Shown here: positions 26,738-37,382 of the stretch, piece by piece
Numbering within the stretch: the stretch's first letter is position 1
How the letters are laid out: the number at the start of each line of letters is the position of its first letter
DNA from: an uncultured virus (IMG/VR IMGVR_UViG_3300050821_007680)
Lineage: Duplodnaviria; Heunggongvirae; Uroviricota; Caudoviricetes
Reading direction: 5' to 3' (one strand)
Virus record (IMG/VR): IMGVR_UViG_3300050821_007680
Length of the DNA: 64,000 nt
Notes under the pieces: model-generated
The model's input: the letters and a program-made list of their open reading frames with translations, nothing else
Database searches by the model: none
What the model was told of the DNA's origin: nothing
Translations under genes and position numbers: made by a program

Positions 26738-28771
26738 ATGACCCGTGAGCTATGTAAACTTGCCATTGAACAATTTGAAAGGGTAAGAACCATTGGCGAG
26801 ATACAGGTTTACCTTCCCGAACCACACAGGTGGAACACCATAGCCAACCACAACCTACCCGCTGAAAAGCAATTTTTTCCATATCCCGAAGTCCCAAAAG
26901 TAATTACCGAAGAATTTTTGCACCGTGAAGCCGAAAGGCTGAATGGGGGGTTTTGGTTTTTCAATGGCGGCAGGCTGGAATACATTTCGGATACACATTA
27001 TCTGCTACTTGCCTATTGGAAAGACAAGGGGAAGTCGATGTTGTTTATTGATGCACAGCGGGATGTATTGCTACATTGGCAACAGGTAGAGAAGATGCCG
27101 AACATGGCAGGGGTAAACCTTGCTACTAACCGCCGGTTTGGTAAGACGACAGTTGGTAATTGTATTCTTTATAAACGAACCACATCAGGACCGTTTAGAC
27201 GCGGGGGTATGCAATCTAAAACAAACGAGGATGTAAAAACCATATTTAAAAAATTAATATCTTCATGGACGCAATTGCCCGACTTTTTAAAACCGGTAGA
27301 TAGTGGTGAAAGCAGGCCGGCAACAATACTTGAATTTTCAGAACCAAGGAAGCGCGCATCAAAAGACACCGAAAAAATTTATGGCGAGGCACTTAACTCA
27401 TCTATTGACCACCGATCGTCTGTTGAAGAAGCGTATGATGGTGAGGAGTTATACACAATGTACGACGACGAAAACGGTAAAACCAAAGAGGTTAATACAG
27501 ACACGAGATATTATATTTATCGCTTTTGCCTGCAAAAAGGCGCAAGTATAACAGGAAAAACTTTCCGCACCACCACCGTTGAAGACATGGAGAAAAAAGG
27601 CGGTGCTAACTTCAAGAAAACATGGGATGCCAGTAGAATATCAACTACCAATCCAAAAACCGGGCGGACCGAAAGTTATCTCACCAATCTTTTTATACCT
27701 GCTGATTATGGCTATTTAGGCGCTCATCCCGTAACGGGGGTAGAGTTTGTTGACAAACATGGTTATTCAAACCGGGAAGCCGCACGGGAATTCATATTGT
27801 CGCTATGGGAAAATTTAGAGGGTGACGACTTAAGCAAGGCGCAACAAAAGGATCCATTGTCCGAAAAGCACATGTGGCAGGCAAAAAACTTCGGCGGATG
27901 CTTCCGGAACGACCTGTTGCAAATACAGCTTGACTATCTTGAACGCACCAATAGCCGTGAAGATGATAATGCCCCGCCAAACCTTGTGACCCGTGTGACA
28001 TTTTACCGGGACGAATCCGGTGTGAAATTCCGGCATGATAAAGACGGTGATTGTCAAATGGTGTGGGATTTCAATAACCCGCCAGCGGAAAGCAATAAAA
28101 ACGGCATAGGGCGGGGGGGGTTAAGGGCTCCAGGGAATACAGATGGGTTTGCTATTGGCGTTGACCCTATTGGCGCTACCACAACAACGGGTAGTGAAAA
28201 CTCACAGGCTGTTGCCTATGTGTATCGAAAGGGCGACTTGAATGACCCTGAAAATAGCGGGTTGGTTGTGTTAAGATATGCACCGGTGCGTAAATCAATA
28301 AAGCGCAAAAGAGATTTTCACATGTACATCATGATGCTTTGTGAGTATTATGGGTGTAAGGCAAACTACGAAAGCGATATTGACGATTACTACGAAACTT
28401 TTGAGCAGGAGGGATTTGTCAACTACGTGATGATGCGACCAAAAAACACGATCGACCCCAACCGGAAGCGAGCGGTTTATAAATACGGAACACCGTCAAA
28501 AGACCCGTATGCGCTTCACCGGCAACATGATATTGCCTATGATTATATCGTTATCCTGTATCACAAAATATATTTTGTGGAGTTGGTTAGAAAGTTGATA
28601 AACTTCGACCCAGATAACCGGACGGAATTTGACGATTGTATAGCGTTCTTTATGGCGCTAATCGGGGGGACAGACAGAAAACAGGAAATAAAGCCAAAAA
28701 CATCCGCTTTAGCCATCCTGCCCGTATTCAATAAAACCGGCGTGAGTTTGGCATTTAAAAATACAGGGTAA
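26738..28771 (+). CDS. terL: Terminase large subunit
   Basis: RRFGKT Walker A, YDDENGK Walker B, GVDP RNase H motif, late DD; precedes the portal gene. Confidence 0.9.
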   Translation: MTRELCKLAIEQFERVRTIGEIQVYLPEPHRWNTIANHNLPAEKQFFPYPEVPKVITEEFLHREAERLNGGFWFFNGGRLEYISDTHYLLLAYWKDKGKSMLFIDAQRDVLLHWQQVEKMPNMAGVNLATNRRFGKTTVGNCILYKRTTSGPFRRGGMQSKTNEDVKTIFKKLISSWTQLPDFLKPVDSGESRPATILEFSEPRKRASKDTEKIYGEALNSSIDHRSSVEEAYDGEELYTMYDDENGKTKEVNTDTRYYIYRFCLQKGASITGKTFRTTTVEDMEKKGGANFKKTWDASRISTTNPKTGRTESYLTNLFIPADYGYLGAHPVTGVEFVDKHGYSNREAAREFILSLWENLEGDDLSKAQQKDPLSEKHMWQAKNFGGCFRNDLLQIQLDYLERTNSREDDNAPPNLVTRVTFYRDESGVKFRHDKDGDCQMVWDFNNPPAESNKNGIGRGGLRAPGNTDGFAIGVDPIGATTTTGSENSQAVAYVYRKGDLNDPENSGLVVLRYAPVRKSIKRKRDFHMYIMMLCEYYGCKANYESDIDDYYETFEQEGFVNYVMMRPKNTIDPNRKRAVYKYGTPSKDPYALHRQHDIAYDYIVILYHKIYFVELVRKLINFDPDNRTEFDDCIAFFMALIGGTDRKQEIKPKTSALAILPVFNKTGVSLAFKNTG

Positions 28772-28812
28772 AAAACAAATAAATAATTTATATTTGGAAA
28801 ACAATTTCATAT

Positions 28813-31263
28813 ATGTATCCCGACACCCCGCTTACCGAAAACCCATTATCACCCGATATTGACAAAAATAGCTATGGTTTTGGACTAAAGGTATTGCGCC
28901 AGTGTTACGCACGGTGGAAAAGCGGGTATGGTGCTGAAACATACAGCGCCAGGTTGTTGCGGTATGAAAAAAGCAGGCTGTACGCTATGGGTCAGCAACC
29001 CGAAGAACAATATAAGGATTTGATAAAGATTGACGGCGCTCCGGTTGTATTGAATATAGACTATTCTCCGCTTGCTATTGCCACGCCGCTGCTGAATGCA
29101 AAAATGGACAGGTATTTGGAGCGCATTGAAAAAATAAAATGCCGTGCGTCGGGTCAACTGGCATCCGATAAAAAGAAAAAAGAAAAGGACGAGGCGAAGT
29201 TTAAAATGAATTACCGACCGGCACTACAAAAACTACAAGAAGAATCCGGGCTTCACCTTGAAGAATTTTCAGACCACGACCCAAAGTCGCAACGCGAACT
29301 CGACGTAAAATTCAAGACAAAGACACTTCGGGAAGAGGCAATTATGCAGCGCATTCAAAATGCCATTTTTGAACAGAACGATTGGGATGATGTGATAAAA
29401 AAACGCCTGATATGGGATACTTTTTGTTGTGGGTATCCCGTTTGCCTGACAGAATTAAATGGTAATGGATGGATAAAAACACCCGTAGTTAAGCCGGAGG
29501 CGTTTATCACCTCTTATAGCGAACTGGACAATTTTGAAGATTGGCAATGGCAGGGGCAATCGCGAAATATCGCCATTTCAGAGGTACGATTACGTACGAG
29601 TGGGCGCAAAAAGCCCGATGGCTCGCCGGTTGTAACAGAAGAACAGTTATGGAACATATCTCAAAACTTCATAGGCAGCTACGGAAACCCGACCGATTTG
29701 ACCTGTGACTGGAATTTTGATTTCAATACCTCACTTGCCCGGCCATACGATGCGGTAAGTGTACCCATAGTCGACCTGTACTACAAAACGCTTTATAACC
29801 TAACATATAGGAAAGAAAAGGTTGGCTTTGGACGCGATAAGCTATACGAGGACAGGCTCGAAGCGCTTCCGCCGGAAAGACGGGAAGAATCGAAGCCATA
29901 TTATGTTGCCTATCATGGTGTAGGTATTGTCGAGGGCGATGTTAATATTCTTTTGGAGTGGGGATTGGCAAAAAACATGCTGAAAGAAAACAGTAATTTG
30001 GTTGAAGTTCGCAGCCCATACAGCATACACATGCACAATAACCACCATTGCAAGAATAAATCATTAGTAGAAACCATGATACCAATGATTGATATGTTGC
30101 AAAACATTTGGTGCAAGTCGCAGGCCATACTTGCCATGATGGCGCCGGACGGGTTTTCTATTGACACGTTGGGTATAGCTAACATTGACATGGGTCAAGG
30201 ACTGGGGGTGTTGTCGCCTATGCAGTTATTGGGTATCTACTTGCAAACAGGTAACCAATATTATCAGGGCAGGGATATAGAGGGCGACGACAGGCCGCAA
30301 GAGCCGCCTATAAAACCAAATACACACCCAGCCAGCCAAAAGTTAAAAGAACTGGAAGAACAATTTTGGAGTACTTATAAAAAACTGCAAATCATTACCG
30401 GGGATAATAACCTTGCAAGCGGGAACATCACCAATCAGGCAACCGCCAATTCAACCCTTAACGACGCAAGGGAGATAGCCGCAGAGCCGTCAAACTATGT
30501 TTACAAGTCTGTTTTGAATGTTAAAAAAAGCGTTGCCAAGAATGTTGAATTATTGATATTGGATAAGATTTTTCTAAATGGCGACAAGGAAGATGATTAC
30601 ATCATAGAGTTTGGTAAGGACGATATTGAGTATATGCGCGGTATGGGTGAAGATATAACCAGTCTTGTTTTTGATACCAAGATCGAGGTAGTGATGGATA
30701 AAACCGATAAGGAGAAGTGGGACAGGCGTATCGAGATAGCTTTGGAACAGGGACAAATCGGATTAGAAGCGGTAGCCGAATTAGAATTGATAGACGAACC
30801 CACCTACCGCTCGTTCATGCTGGCGCAATATGCCAAACAAAAAGCAGCGGACGACCAGGCAAGGGCAGAGAAAAATACGCAAATGAACACCGAGCAGGCG
30901 AAGGCCGCCGCCGAAAGCAAGGCGAAAGGAGATATAGCATTGGAGCAGCAGTCGCATGCTAATAAGCTCGACCAGATGTCGCAGGAGCAGCAAAATACGG
31001 TTGTAAAGCAGAATATGGAGTGGGCTGGTGTACTTAAGGAAAAAATGGTAACTGCTATTTTGGATAAACCCGGCGCATCTATTGCTGATGTGCCACAATT
31101 TATTTGGGAAGGACTGGGCATTACCGACGAAGCGCAGAAGCAATATATATTACAGGCAATGCAACAGCAGGCGCAAAGGATACAAGCGGCGCAGCAAGCA
31201 CAACAAGGAGCGCCGCCTGACGGGCAACCGCCACAAGGGCAACAACAATCACAGGCGGCTTAG
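28813..31263 (+). CDS. Portal protein
   Basis: 816 aa after terL; R.YA.G.Q...YK, coiled-coil and Q-rich C-terminus typical of podovirus/crAss-like portals; TATATTTG promoter. Confidence 0.85.
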   Translation: MYPDTPLTENPLSPDIDKNSYGFGLKVLRQCYARWKSGYGAETYSARLLRYEKSRLYAMGQQPEEQYKDLIKIDGAPVVLNIDYSPLAIATPLLNAKMDRYLERIEKIKCRASGQLASDKKKKEKDEAKFKMNYRPALQKLQEESGLHLEEFSDHDPKSQRELDVKFKTKTLREEAIMQRIQNAIFEQNDWDDVIKKRLIWDTFCCGYPVCLTELNGNGWIKTPVVKPEAFITSYSELDNFEDWQWQGQSRNIAISEVRLRTSGRKKPDGSPVVTEEQLWNISQNFIGSYGNPTDLTCDWNFDFNTSLARPYDAVSVPIVDLYYKTLYNLTYRKEKVGFGRDKLYEDRLEALPPERREESKPYYVAYHGVGIVEGDVNILLEWGLAKNMLKENSNLVEVRSPYSIHMHNNHHCKNKSLVETMIPMIDMLQNIWCKSQAILAMMAPDGFSIDTLGIANIDMGQGLGVLSPMQLLGIYLQTGNQYYQGRDIEGDDRPQEPPIKPNTHPASQKLKELEEQFWSTYKKLQIITGDNNLASGNITNQATANSTLNDAREIAAEPSNYVYKSVLNVKKSVAKNVELLILDKIFLNGDKEDDYIIEFGKDDIEYMRGMGEDITSLVFDTKIEVVMDKTDKEKWDRRIEIALEQGQIGLEAVAELELIDEPTYRSFMLAQYAKQKAADDQARAEKNTQMNTEQAKAAAESKAKGDIALEQQSHANKLDQMSQEQQNTVVKQNMEWAGVLKEKMVTAILDKPGASIADVPQFIWEGLGITDEAQKQYILQAMQQQAQRIQAAQQAQQGAPPDGQPPQGQQQSQAA

Positions 31264-31427
31264 CGGTGCATAACTTGCGTGAAGATAAAAAACCAACCGA
31301 ATATTGCTAAAATTATAGCAAAGCCACGGAAGCCCCAATAGTAAGGAGCGGTGTTTGGATAACTAAAGGCAGCAAGGGTGAATACAATTGTCGAAACAAC
31401 TATCCAAATATCTACTAAATTGTTCAT
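31260..31427 (-). CDS. 55-aa two-TM membrane peptide (moron)
   Basis: Manual translation MNNLVDIWIVVSTIVFTLAAFSYPNTAPYYWGFRGFAIILAIFGWFFIFTQVMHR fills the portal-scaffold gap. Confidence 0.55.
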   Translation of the reverse strand: MNNLVDIWIVVSTIVFTLAAFSYPNTAPYYWGFRGFAIILAIFGWFFIFTQVMHR

Positions 31428-31532
31428 AAATGATATAACTAAAAGTGATGTTTTTTTGTTTTACTCATAATGAATAGTAATAATAAATTTGCAAATTCAA
31501 AACTTATAATATAATTTTATAAAAAATACTTA

Positions 31533-32774
31533 ATGGAATCGGAAGAAATAGATTTTGACAGCCCCGAATTTGCACAAGCAGTAGCAACCGCAAAGCCGGT
31601 TGAGCCAATGGCAGAAATTAAGTTTGACGAGATTGTTAATGTGGAAACACAGGATGACGAAGCGGAAACTACCACAACCGAAGCCACTGAGACCGCCGCG
31701 GTAACCGAATCAACAGCGACAACTGAAACTACTAAACACGCCGTTACCGCCGAACCCAACTACGCCGAATACCTATCCACCAAATCGGGCGGACTGTTCA
31801 AAAGTGAAGAAGATTTTATCGCTGCGCTTGAAAAGGTCAAAAACTACGATAGTGTTGAACTAAGGGCAAAGGAACTCGAAACAAAGATACCGAAGTTCAA
31901 AGATGACGAGGCGAAGGCATGGTTTGACCTTGTGCAATCCGAAGATGGCACAAAAGCGTTAAAGGAATATATATCCGAAAAGGAAAAGGATTACAAAACG
32001 ATGTCCGACGTGGATATTATGAAAAATGCTCTAAAGGCGGAAAACCCCGCCTGGGATAATAAGCGTATCGAACTCGAATTGCGTCATAAATACGGCACGA
32101 ACCTTACAAAGATTGATACAGCCAACCTTGACCCGGAAGACGACAAGGAAGAACTAAAAGAGGCTAACGCCCATAATAACGAGGTTGAAAAAAACCTTGA
32201 GCTATTGCAGATGCACGCTTTCGATAAGCGCGTATCGTTACTCAACAAACAAAGCAAACTAACATTACCAGAAATACAAAAAGCAGAAACGGACACAAAA
32301 GAAACACAGGAAACCCCTGAACAAGCCGCAGAACGCATTGCCAAATGGCAGGAAAAGGTTGAGGACACCGTACCGAAGCTTTCAAATTTCAAGATAGACA
32401 TAGACGACAAAGGAGTGGAGTATGTCTGGACTGACGACGAGAAAGCCGCATTGGTATCGGAAATGAAAAACTTCAACATTTTCAAATGGATGCAATCAGA
32501 AGGCTGGACAAATGCCGATAATAGTTGGAACCCGGATAAAATCGCCGAAGGTGTGCGGTTTCTTCGTGATAAGAACAAAGTTATCGCATCAGTAGCCTCA
32601 CAGGTTAAAACCGAAGCCATAAGAGCGACAATGGCAAAAATTAAGGGAATTGACCCGAACTACCGTGAACCTGGCCCGGCAAAGGTGTATAACAGCCTTG
32701 AAGAAGCGGCGCAGGCGAAACTAAAAGAGTTAAGGGCTAAGGAGAACAATGTGGAACGTGAGGAAGCAGATTAA
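31533..32774 (+). CDS. Capsid scaffolding protein
   Basis: Highly acidic helical protein between the portal and capsid genes; TAAATTTG promoter. Confidence 0.75.
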   Translation: MESEEIDFDSPEFAQAVATAKPVEPMAEIKFDEIVNVETQDDEAETTTTEATETAAVTESTATTETTKHAVTAEPNYAEYLSTKSGGLFKSEEDFIAALEKVKNYDSVELRAKELETKIPKFKDDEAKAWFDLVQSEDGTKALKEYISEKEKDYKTMSDVDIMKNALKAENPAWDNKRIELELRHKYGTNLTKIDTANLDPEDDKEELKEANAHNNEVEKNLELLQMHAFDKRVSLLNKQSKLTLPEIQKAETDTKETQETPEQAAERIAKWQEKVEDTVPKLSNFKIDIDDKGVEYVWTDDEKAALVSEMKNFNIFKWMQSEGWTNADNSWNPDKIAEGVRFLRDKNKVIASVASQVKTEAIRATMAKIKGIDPNYREPGPAKVYNSLEEAAQAKLKELRAKENNVEREEAD

Positions 32775-32799
32775 ACCACTTATTTAAAAAATTAAAGTC

Positions 32800-34146
32800 A
32801 TGGCATCAACACTAGTTACCACTCCGAATGGATACTCAACCACGAACATAACACGTGGCAGTACCCTTATCAGCGAGTTAAATATTATCAACGTGACCAA
32901 CCACATGGAGTTCTTCCAGAATTTTGGTTGGAACCCTTACATGCTGCTTGTCCAATTGGGCGGCGGTAAACTAAGGATAAAGTCGAAAGAGTCGACCAAT
33001 AAACAATTTTACCATTACGAGGACTTTGGCCGGGCAATGGGTTATGTAACCGCGTCGGCAAACGCCGCATCGGGTGGCGTAAACCTACCGGTAACCGTGT
33101 CTATCACCACCGGTTCGTATTCGGCAAACGGAACGCGCATGTTGCCTGCCGTAGGCCTGATTATGTATAACGCCCAAACAGGCGTTGAGAGTGTTGTAAC
33201 AGCGGTAAGTACCGCGACACCATTTGCATTCACATTCACCATGGCGCCAACCGTTGCCGGAACAGATGCGGTAGTGACAGCCGGACAGGAGTTGCAATCG
33301 CGCGGGTATAAGTACTTGGGCGAGGCATCAACTCCAACAACCCCGCAGGTGCGCAATATCGCCAAATATGTGAACTATTGCTCACAACACAGGATTGATG
33401 ACATCATCACCGACCTTGCACTGATGGAGCAAACAGACCTTATCTTCAATGGCCAGAAGTATTACCTTGCCATGATGAAAAGGAACGACCGCGACAGGTG
33501 GATACAAGAAGCGGAGATGTACCTGTTAGATTCAAACCTTGCCACCAATATCACAGCGGATAGCGGTACACTGGGATTGAAGCAATGGATACAGAATAAC
33601 GGTATCAATATTCTTTACCCGTCGTTCAACGTGCAAAGCACCTTCGCCGACATTGAAAGGAAGCTATCTGCACAGGGTGCGCCGATGTCATGTGACTGGT
33701 TGCAGGACACCTACCAAAACATCGACTTCAACCTGTCATTGGGTAACGAGTTTATCAATGGGGCTATTAAATACGACATGTCCGACCTGCGCCGGGGCTT
33801 TAAGAAGTATACCCCGATGTTCCGCGAGTTCAGTATCACAAAGTACGTACCAATTTCTGACGAAACAATGTACGGGTCGGTGGCTGCCGGTAACCTGAAC
33901 CAAAATTCAGGATATATCATCCCGACAGGAAAGCGCGATCTAAGCGGGGATATGTCGAAGAACGACATGCCGCAGATGATCAAGCGTTACCAGTTGATCG
34001 AGGGACAAATGGTGTACGCGTGGGAGTTTGGTGCTTTATCTGCCAACGGAAAAACAGGCACAATGCAGAAAAATACCGCTCAAATTGAATATCCGGGTTT
34101 AACCGTACAAGGTGCGAACCAATTTATTTATATCAAAAAGGGTTAA
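32800..34146 (+). CDS. Major capsid protein
   Basis: 448 aa; position; N..SQ, E.E..LL and GTLGL..I patterns of HK97-fold capsids; followed by a strong hairpin. Confidence 0.82.
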   Translation: MASTLVTTPNGYSTTNITRGSTLISELNIINVTNHMEFFQNFGWNPYMLLVQLGGGKLRIKSKESTNKQFYHYEDFGRAMGYVTASANAASGGVNLPVTVSITTGSYSANGTRMLPAVGLIMYNAQTGVESVVTAVSTATPFAFTFTMAPTVAGTDAVVTAGQELQSRGYKYLGEASTPTTPQVRNIAKYVNYCSQHRIDDIITDLALMEQTDLIFNGQKYYLAMMKRNDRDRWIQEAEMYLLDSNLATNITADSGTLGLKQWIQNNGINILYPSFNVQSTFADIERKLSAQGAPMSCDWLQDTYQNIDFNLSLGNEFINGAIKYDMSDLRRGFKKYTPMFREFSITKYVPISDETMYGSVAAGNLNQNSGYIIPTGKRDLSGDMSKNDMPQMIKRYQLIEGQMVYAWEFGALSANGKTGTMQKNTAQIEYPGLTVQGANQFIYIKKG

Positions 34147-34155
34147 TAACCAAAT

Positions 34156-34181
34156 AGTCCCCGGCATTAATGCCGGGGACT
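34156..34181 (+). terminator. Perfect 26-bp palindrome after the capsid gene (terminator or mRNA stabiliser)
   Basis: AGTCCCCGGCATTAATGCCGGGGACT. Confidence 0.8.
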
Positions 34182-34191
34182 TAATAGATTT

Positions 34192-35301
34192 ATGCCAGCA
34201 ACAAGGAACCAACCAACAGAAAAACAATTAGCCGCAAGAGCGGCTTTTGCCGCTGCCCGGAGAGGGGAAGCAGCCCCAATGCAGGCGACACATACCACCG
34301 CGCCCAATCAGGCAACAATCCAGACGCAAACACAGGTACAACCAACAATAAAAAACATGGCACGAACAGAAGAAACAGTTGCAGAAATTAAACCATACCG
34401 CCCAAAGAAAGGCGAGTTAACCCTCGATGAAGATAAGTTGTACGAGTTTGAACTCTGCACTAAGCGGGAAGCTTCCCGGCCGCTGGATAAGGAAACGCTA
34501 TTACCAATAGGTACTGGCTTCCAACCGTCGTTCAGTATTCCAAACCGCGGATCGGCGTTCAATAAAAAAACGAACAAATTCGAGAATTGGAGGTATATTG
34601 AGGGGCAGCCATCGTGCTGGGTGAGTGAACAACCCGAACTGGATGAGTACGATCCAAAAGATATTGAAAGGCTTTTAGGAGAACCCGAAAACGACCTGGA
34701 GTTTCGCGATGGGCGTATGCTTGTCAGCGCTGGCGAAGCGGGTAAATTGCGCATGCAGGCCATGCAGTTGTCCGACTACTTTATAGACAACGAAAAGCCG
34801 CGTGTAAAAAGACCGTACATGTGGCAATTTAAGCTAAACAACCCCGATATGTTAATTGATGAGCAAAACAATATTGACGACCTGGCGTTCCGTACAATGA
34901 CACAGGCGCGGAATTGTACCATTACCGAAATGCTGGCCGTATCAATGTTATTGGGTATCAATATCGAAGATACCAGCCCGGCAGGTATAAACAGGATAAA
35001 AAACCAGTTCCTATACAAAGCCAAATATAACGGCACACCAAAAGGGAAAGAATCGCTGGAGCAGTTTATGGAAATCATCAACAACCCCGCCACAAAAATA
35101 AAATATGTATTTGCGCAGGCACTATTACAGGGGATACTTTCCATGGCGATACACCCCGGAAAATTAAGTTGGGCGAAAATGGATACGCCGATATTTGATA
35201 TGGCGGGAAGAATAGCGACAGCCGACGAACTAACCGCACGCGTTATTGATAAGGAGCAGGTGGTAATGGATTTATTGGCAGAATTGGAAACACAGATTTA
35301 A
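34192..35301 (+). CDS. Conserved capsid-adjacent protein, function unknown
   Basis: 369-aa ORF in the structural operon. Confidence 0.75.
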   Translation: MPATRNQPTEKQLAARAAFAAARRGEAAPMQATHTTAPNQATIQTQTQVQPTIKNMARTEETVAEIKPYRPKKGELTLDEDKLYEFELCTKREASRPLDKETLLPIGTGFQPSFSIPNRGSAFNKKTNKFENWRYIEGQPSCWVSEQPELDEYDPKDIERLLGEPENDLEFRDGRMLVSAGEAGKLRMQAMQLSDYFIDNEKPRVKRPYMWQFKLNNPDMLIDEQNNIDDLAFRTMTQARNCTITEMLAVSMLLGINIEDTSPAGINRIKNQFLYKAKYNGTPKGKESLEQFMEIINNPATKIKYVFAQALLQGILSMAIHPGKLSWAKMDTPIFDMAGRIATADELTARVIDKEQVVMDLLAELETQI

Positions 35302-35521
35302 CCCATTTGTTGATATATAAAGAAAGTTCATGTTTATTTAGGTTTAGGAGGGAAGGGCGGCTGATTACCTCATACCATGTTGGTTCACCCTCAACGGTAC
35401 CATATCCCCATCCGGGATAGTTCAAATCTTCTCCAAATAGGGCAATATATTTCCCATCGTATTCAATACGGAACTTACCAAGCCAGTTTTGTTCGCGTTT
35501 AATTCTTAATATCCTGCTCAT
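35243..35521 (-). CDS. hypothetical moron protein
   Basis: Start moved to MSRILRIK; antisense to the structural operon. Confidence 0.5.
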   Translation of the reverse strand: MSRILRIKREQNWLGKFRIEYDGKYIALFGEDLNYPGWGYGTVEGEPTWYEVISRPSLLNLNKHELSLYINKWVKSVFPILPINPLPPAPYQ

Positions 35522-35555
35522 TTTTAAAAAAATTGGAATAAATAATTCATAGTTT

Positions 35556-35804
35556 TTATGATGCAAAATATAGTTCAACCTCGCCTTCCTTTTTAATGGC
35601 GTTAATTAATTTGTCGCAATTTTTTTGAATATTATTATCGGAAGTGGCAACTTTTACACCCTCTAAAAATGGGATTAACCTATGGTCAACCTTTTTTGAT
35701 CCATACTTTTGACCATCAAAAAGACGCTCTGCAATGATGTAATCAAGCCACTCAATAGAGGCATCTTGCGGATGAACAATGCGATAATATAGACTTGCGC
35801 TCAT
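35556..35804 (-). CDS. hypothetical moron protein
   Basis: Start MSASLYY; own promoter TACCTTTG at 35911-18 (-). Confidence 0.6.
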   Translation of the reverse strand: MSASLYYRIVHPQDASIEWLDYIIAERLFDGQKYGSKKVDHRLIPFLEGVKVATSDNNIQKNCDKLINAIKKEGEVELYFAS

Positions 35805-35811
35805 AATAACA

Positions 35812-35918
35812 AACCCCGGCAACCCAAATAGAGTGAGTTGCAACACAGACAGTATTATATGAAGGATTGCCGGGAATTTCTTTTGATGTCATATAATTTG
35901 TGTTGCAAACCAAAGGTA
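35812..35918 (-). promoter_or_regulatory. Promoter plus structured leader with a 5' segment complementary to the loop of a GC hairpin
   Basis: CCCGGCAATCC/GGGTTGCCGGG stem; 10-bp and 9-bp complementarity between the leader 5' end and the loop. Confidence 0.7.
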
Positions 35919-35963
35919 GTAATTATTTGGTAATTCCAACGATTATTTTAATATATTTGTTTC

Positions 35964-37382
35964 ATGGCAACCCAATACACCATTGACGACGCAAAAAAGC
36001 TTTTTAACGACCGTGCCGGCACGAGGGGTATAAGCAGCAACGTTACGCCAGATAAATTTAACAGATGGTTCAATAGCGCCGAATTGAAGTTTTTCAACGA
36101 GCGATATTCTGAATATGCCAAAACCCAAATTATATCGGACAGCATCAGTAAATGGATGACAGACCCATTATACCTGCCTGTCTCATCAACCGGGGTATTC
36201 CCGTTCTTTCCCGGCATGTCACTTCTTCATGTTGACAGCATGAGCGCCTATATGGTAACACCAGGCACAATGATAGCCACGTTAGTAACCACACCGGGAA
36301 TTATATCATCATTGGGGTCAACGGGAGCAGGTTCGGGGTATACACCAGGTGTATACGTCAGGGCGCTTTCGGGCGGTAATGGCACGGGTGCATCCGCTAC
36401 GATAACGGTCGGTGCGGGTGGTACGGTGACTGGTGCTGTTATTTTAGCGCCCGGAAGCGGATATACTATTGGGGATACACTGACCGCCGGATTGCCGGGT
36501 GGCGGTTCGGGGTTCAATACACATGTAGTTACGGTAACATTTAATCCCGGCGTAAGTTATACACCGGGCAGTTATTATTTGCCGCTAACCGGTGGCACGG
36601 GCACAGGCGCAACAGCTTTTATCGTTGTTAACGCAGCCGGCAATGTACAAACAGTATTGCCGTCACAACAGGGGAATGGGTATACCGTTGGAGACACATT
36701 ATCCGCCACCATACCAAGCGGGTCGGGATTTGTCATAAATGTGGTTAGCCTGACCGGAGCTACGGCAGATTGCCCAGTAACACGCGTGGAGAAGCGGTTA
36801 ATATCGGCGAACCTGTCAAGCACCTACGACGCGCCAAGCCAGCAGTTCCCTATTTATACGCAGTTTTCAAATTCATTCCAATTTTATCCTAAGAGTATAG
36901 GATTTGCCAAGACGGTAATATTGCAACAGCCTAACTGGAGTTTTTGGGGGTACACCCTGAACGGTTATATTGGTACATTGACGGGGTTGGTCGGCGGTTC
37001 TGCATATACTAACGGCACATATACTAACGTGCCTTTAACAGGCGGCGTCGGAAACTCTGCATTAGCAACGATTGTGGTAGCAGGGGCGGTGGTAACAAGC
37101 GTAACTATAACCAACCCCGGCAAGGTATATTTAACAGGTGATGTGCTTTCGGCAGCAGCAGCTAATATAGGCGGTACAGGGTCTGGGTTTCAGATAACGG
37201 TATCCAGCTTGGTTGCCGGGTCGATAAGGCCGGTATATAGTTCGGCCTTAAGTGTGCAGCCATTGTGGAACAATGACGACATATCGACTATTATTGACCT
37301 TGCGTTGCAGGATGCCTCTATCGCAAGCAGGGATAAAGAACTTGCTTCTTTTGCTAACCAAACATCTAAAGAATTGCAATAA
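35964..37382 (+). CDS. Head-tail adaptor / tail ring protein with three inserted Gly-rich domains
   Basis: TPDKFNRWFNSAEL..F N-terminus and P.W..G...W.N C-terminal pattern; three GSGY..GG.GTGA.A.I.V..G.V repeats. Confidence 0.65.
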   Translation: MATQYTIDDAKKLFNDRAGTRGISSNVTPDKFNRWFNSAELKFFNERYSEYAKTQIISDSISKWMTDPLYLPVSSTGVFPFFPGMSLLHVDSMSAYMVTPGTMIATLVTTPGIISSLGSTGAGSGYTPGVYVRALSGGNGTGASATITVGAGGTVTGAVILAPGSGYTIGDTLTAGLPGGGSGFNTHVVTVTFNPGVSYTPGSYYLPLTGGTGTGATAFIVVNAAGNVQTVLPSQQGNGYTVGDTLSATIPSGSGFVINVVSLTGATADCPVTRVEKRLISANLSSTYDAPSQQFPIYTQFSNSFQFYPKSIGFAKTVILQQPNWSFWGYTLNGYIGTLTGLVGGSAYTNGTYTNVPLTGGVGNSALATIVVAGAVVTSVTITNPGKVYLTGDVLSAAAANIGGTGSGFQITVSSLVAGSIRPVYSSALSVQPLWNNDDISTIIDLALQDASIASRDKELASFANQTSKELQ

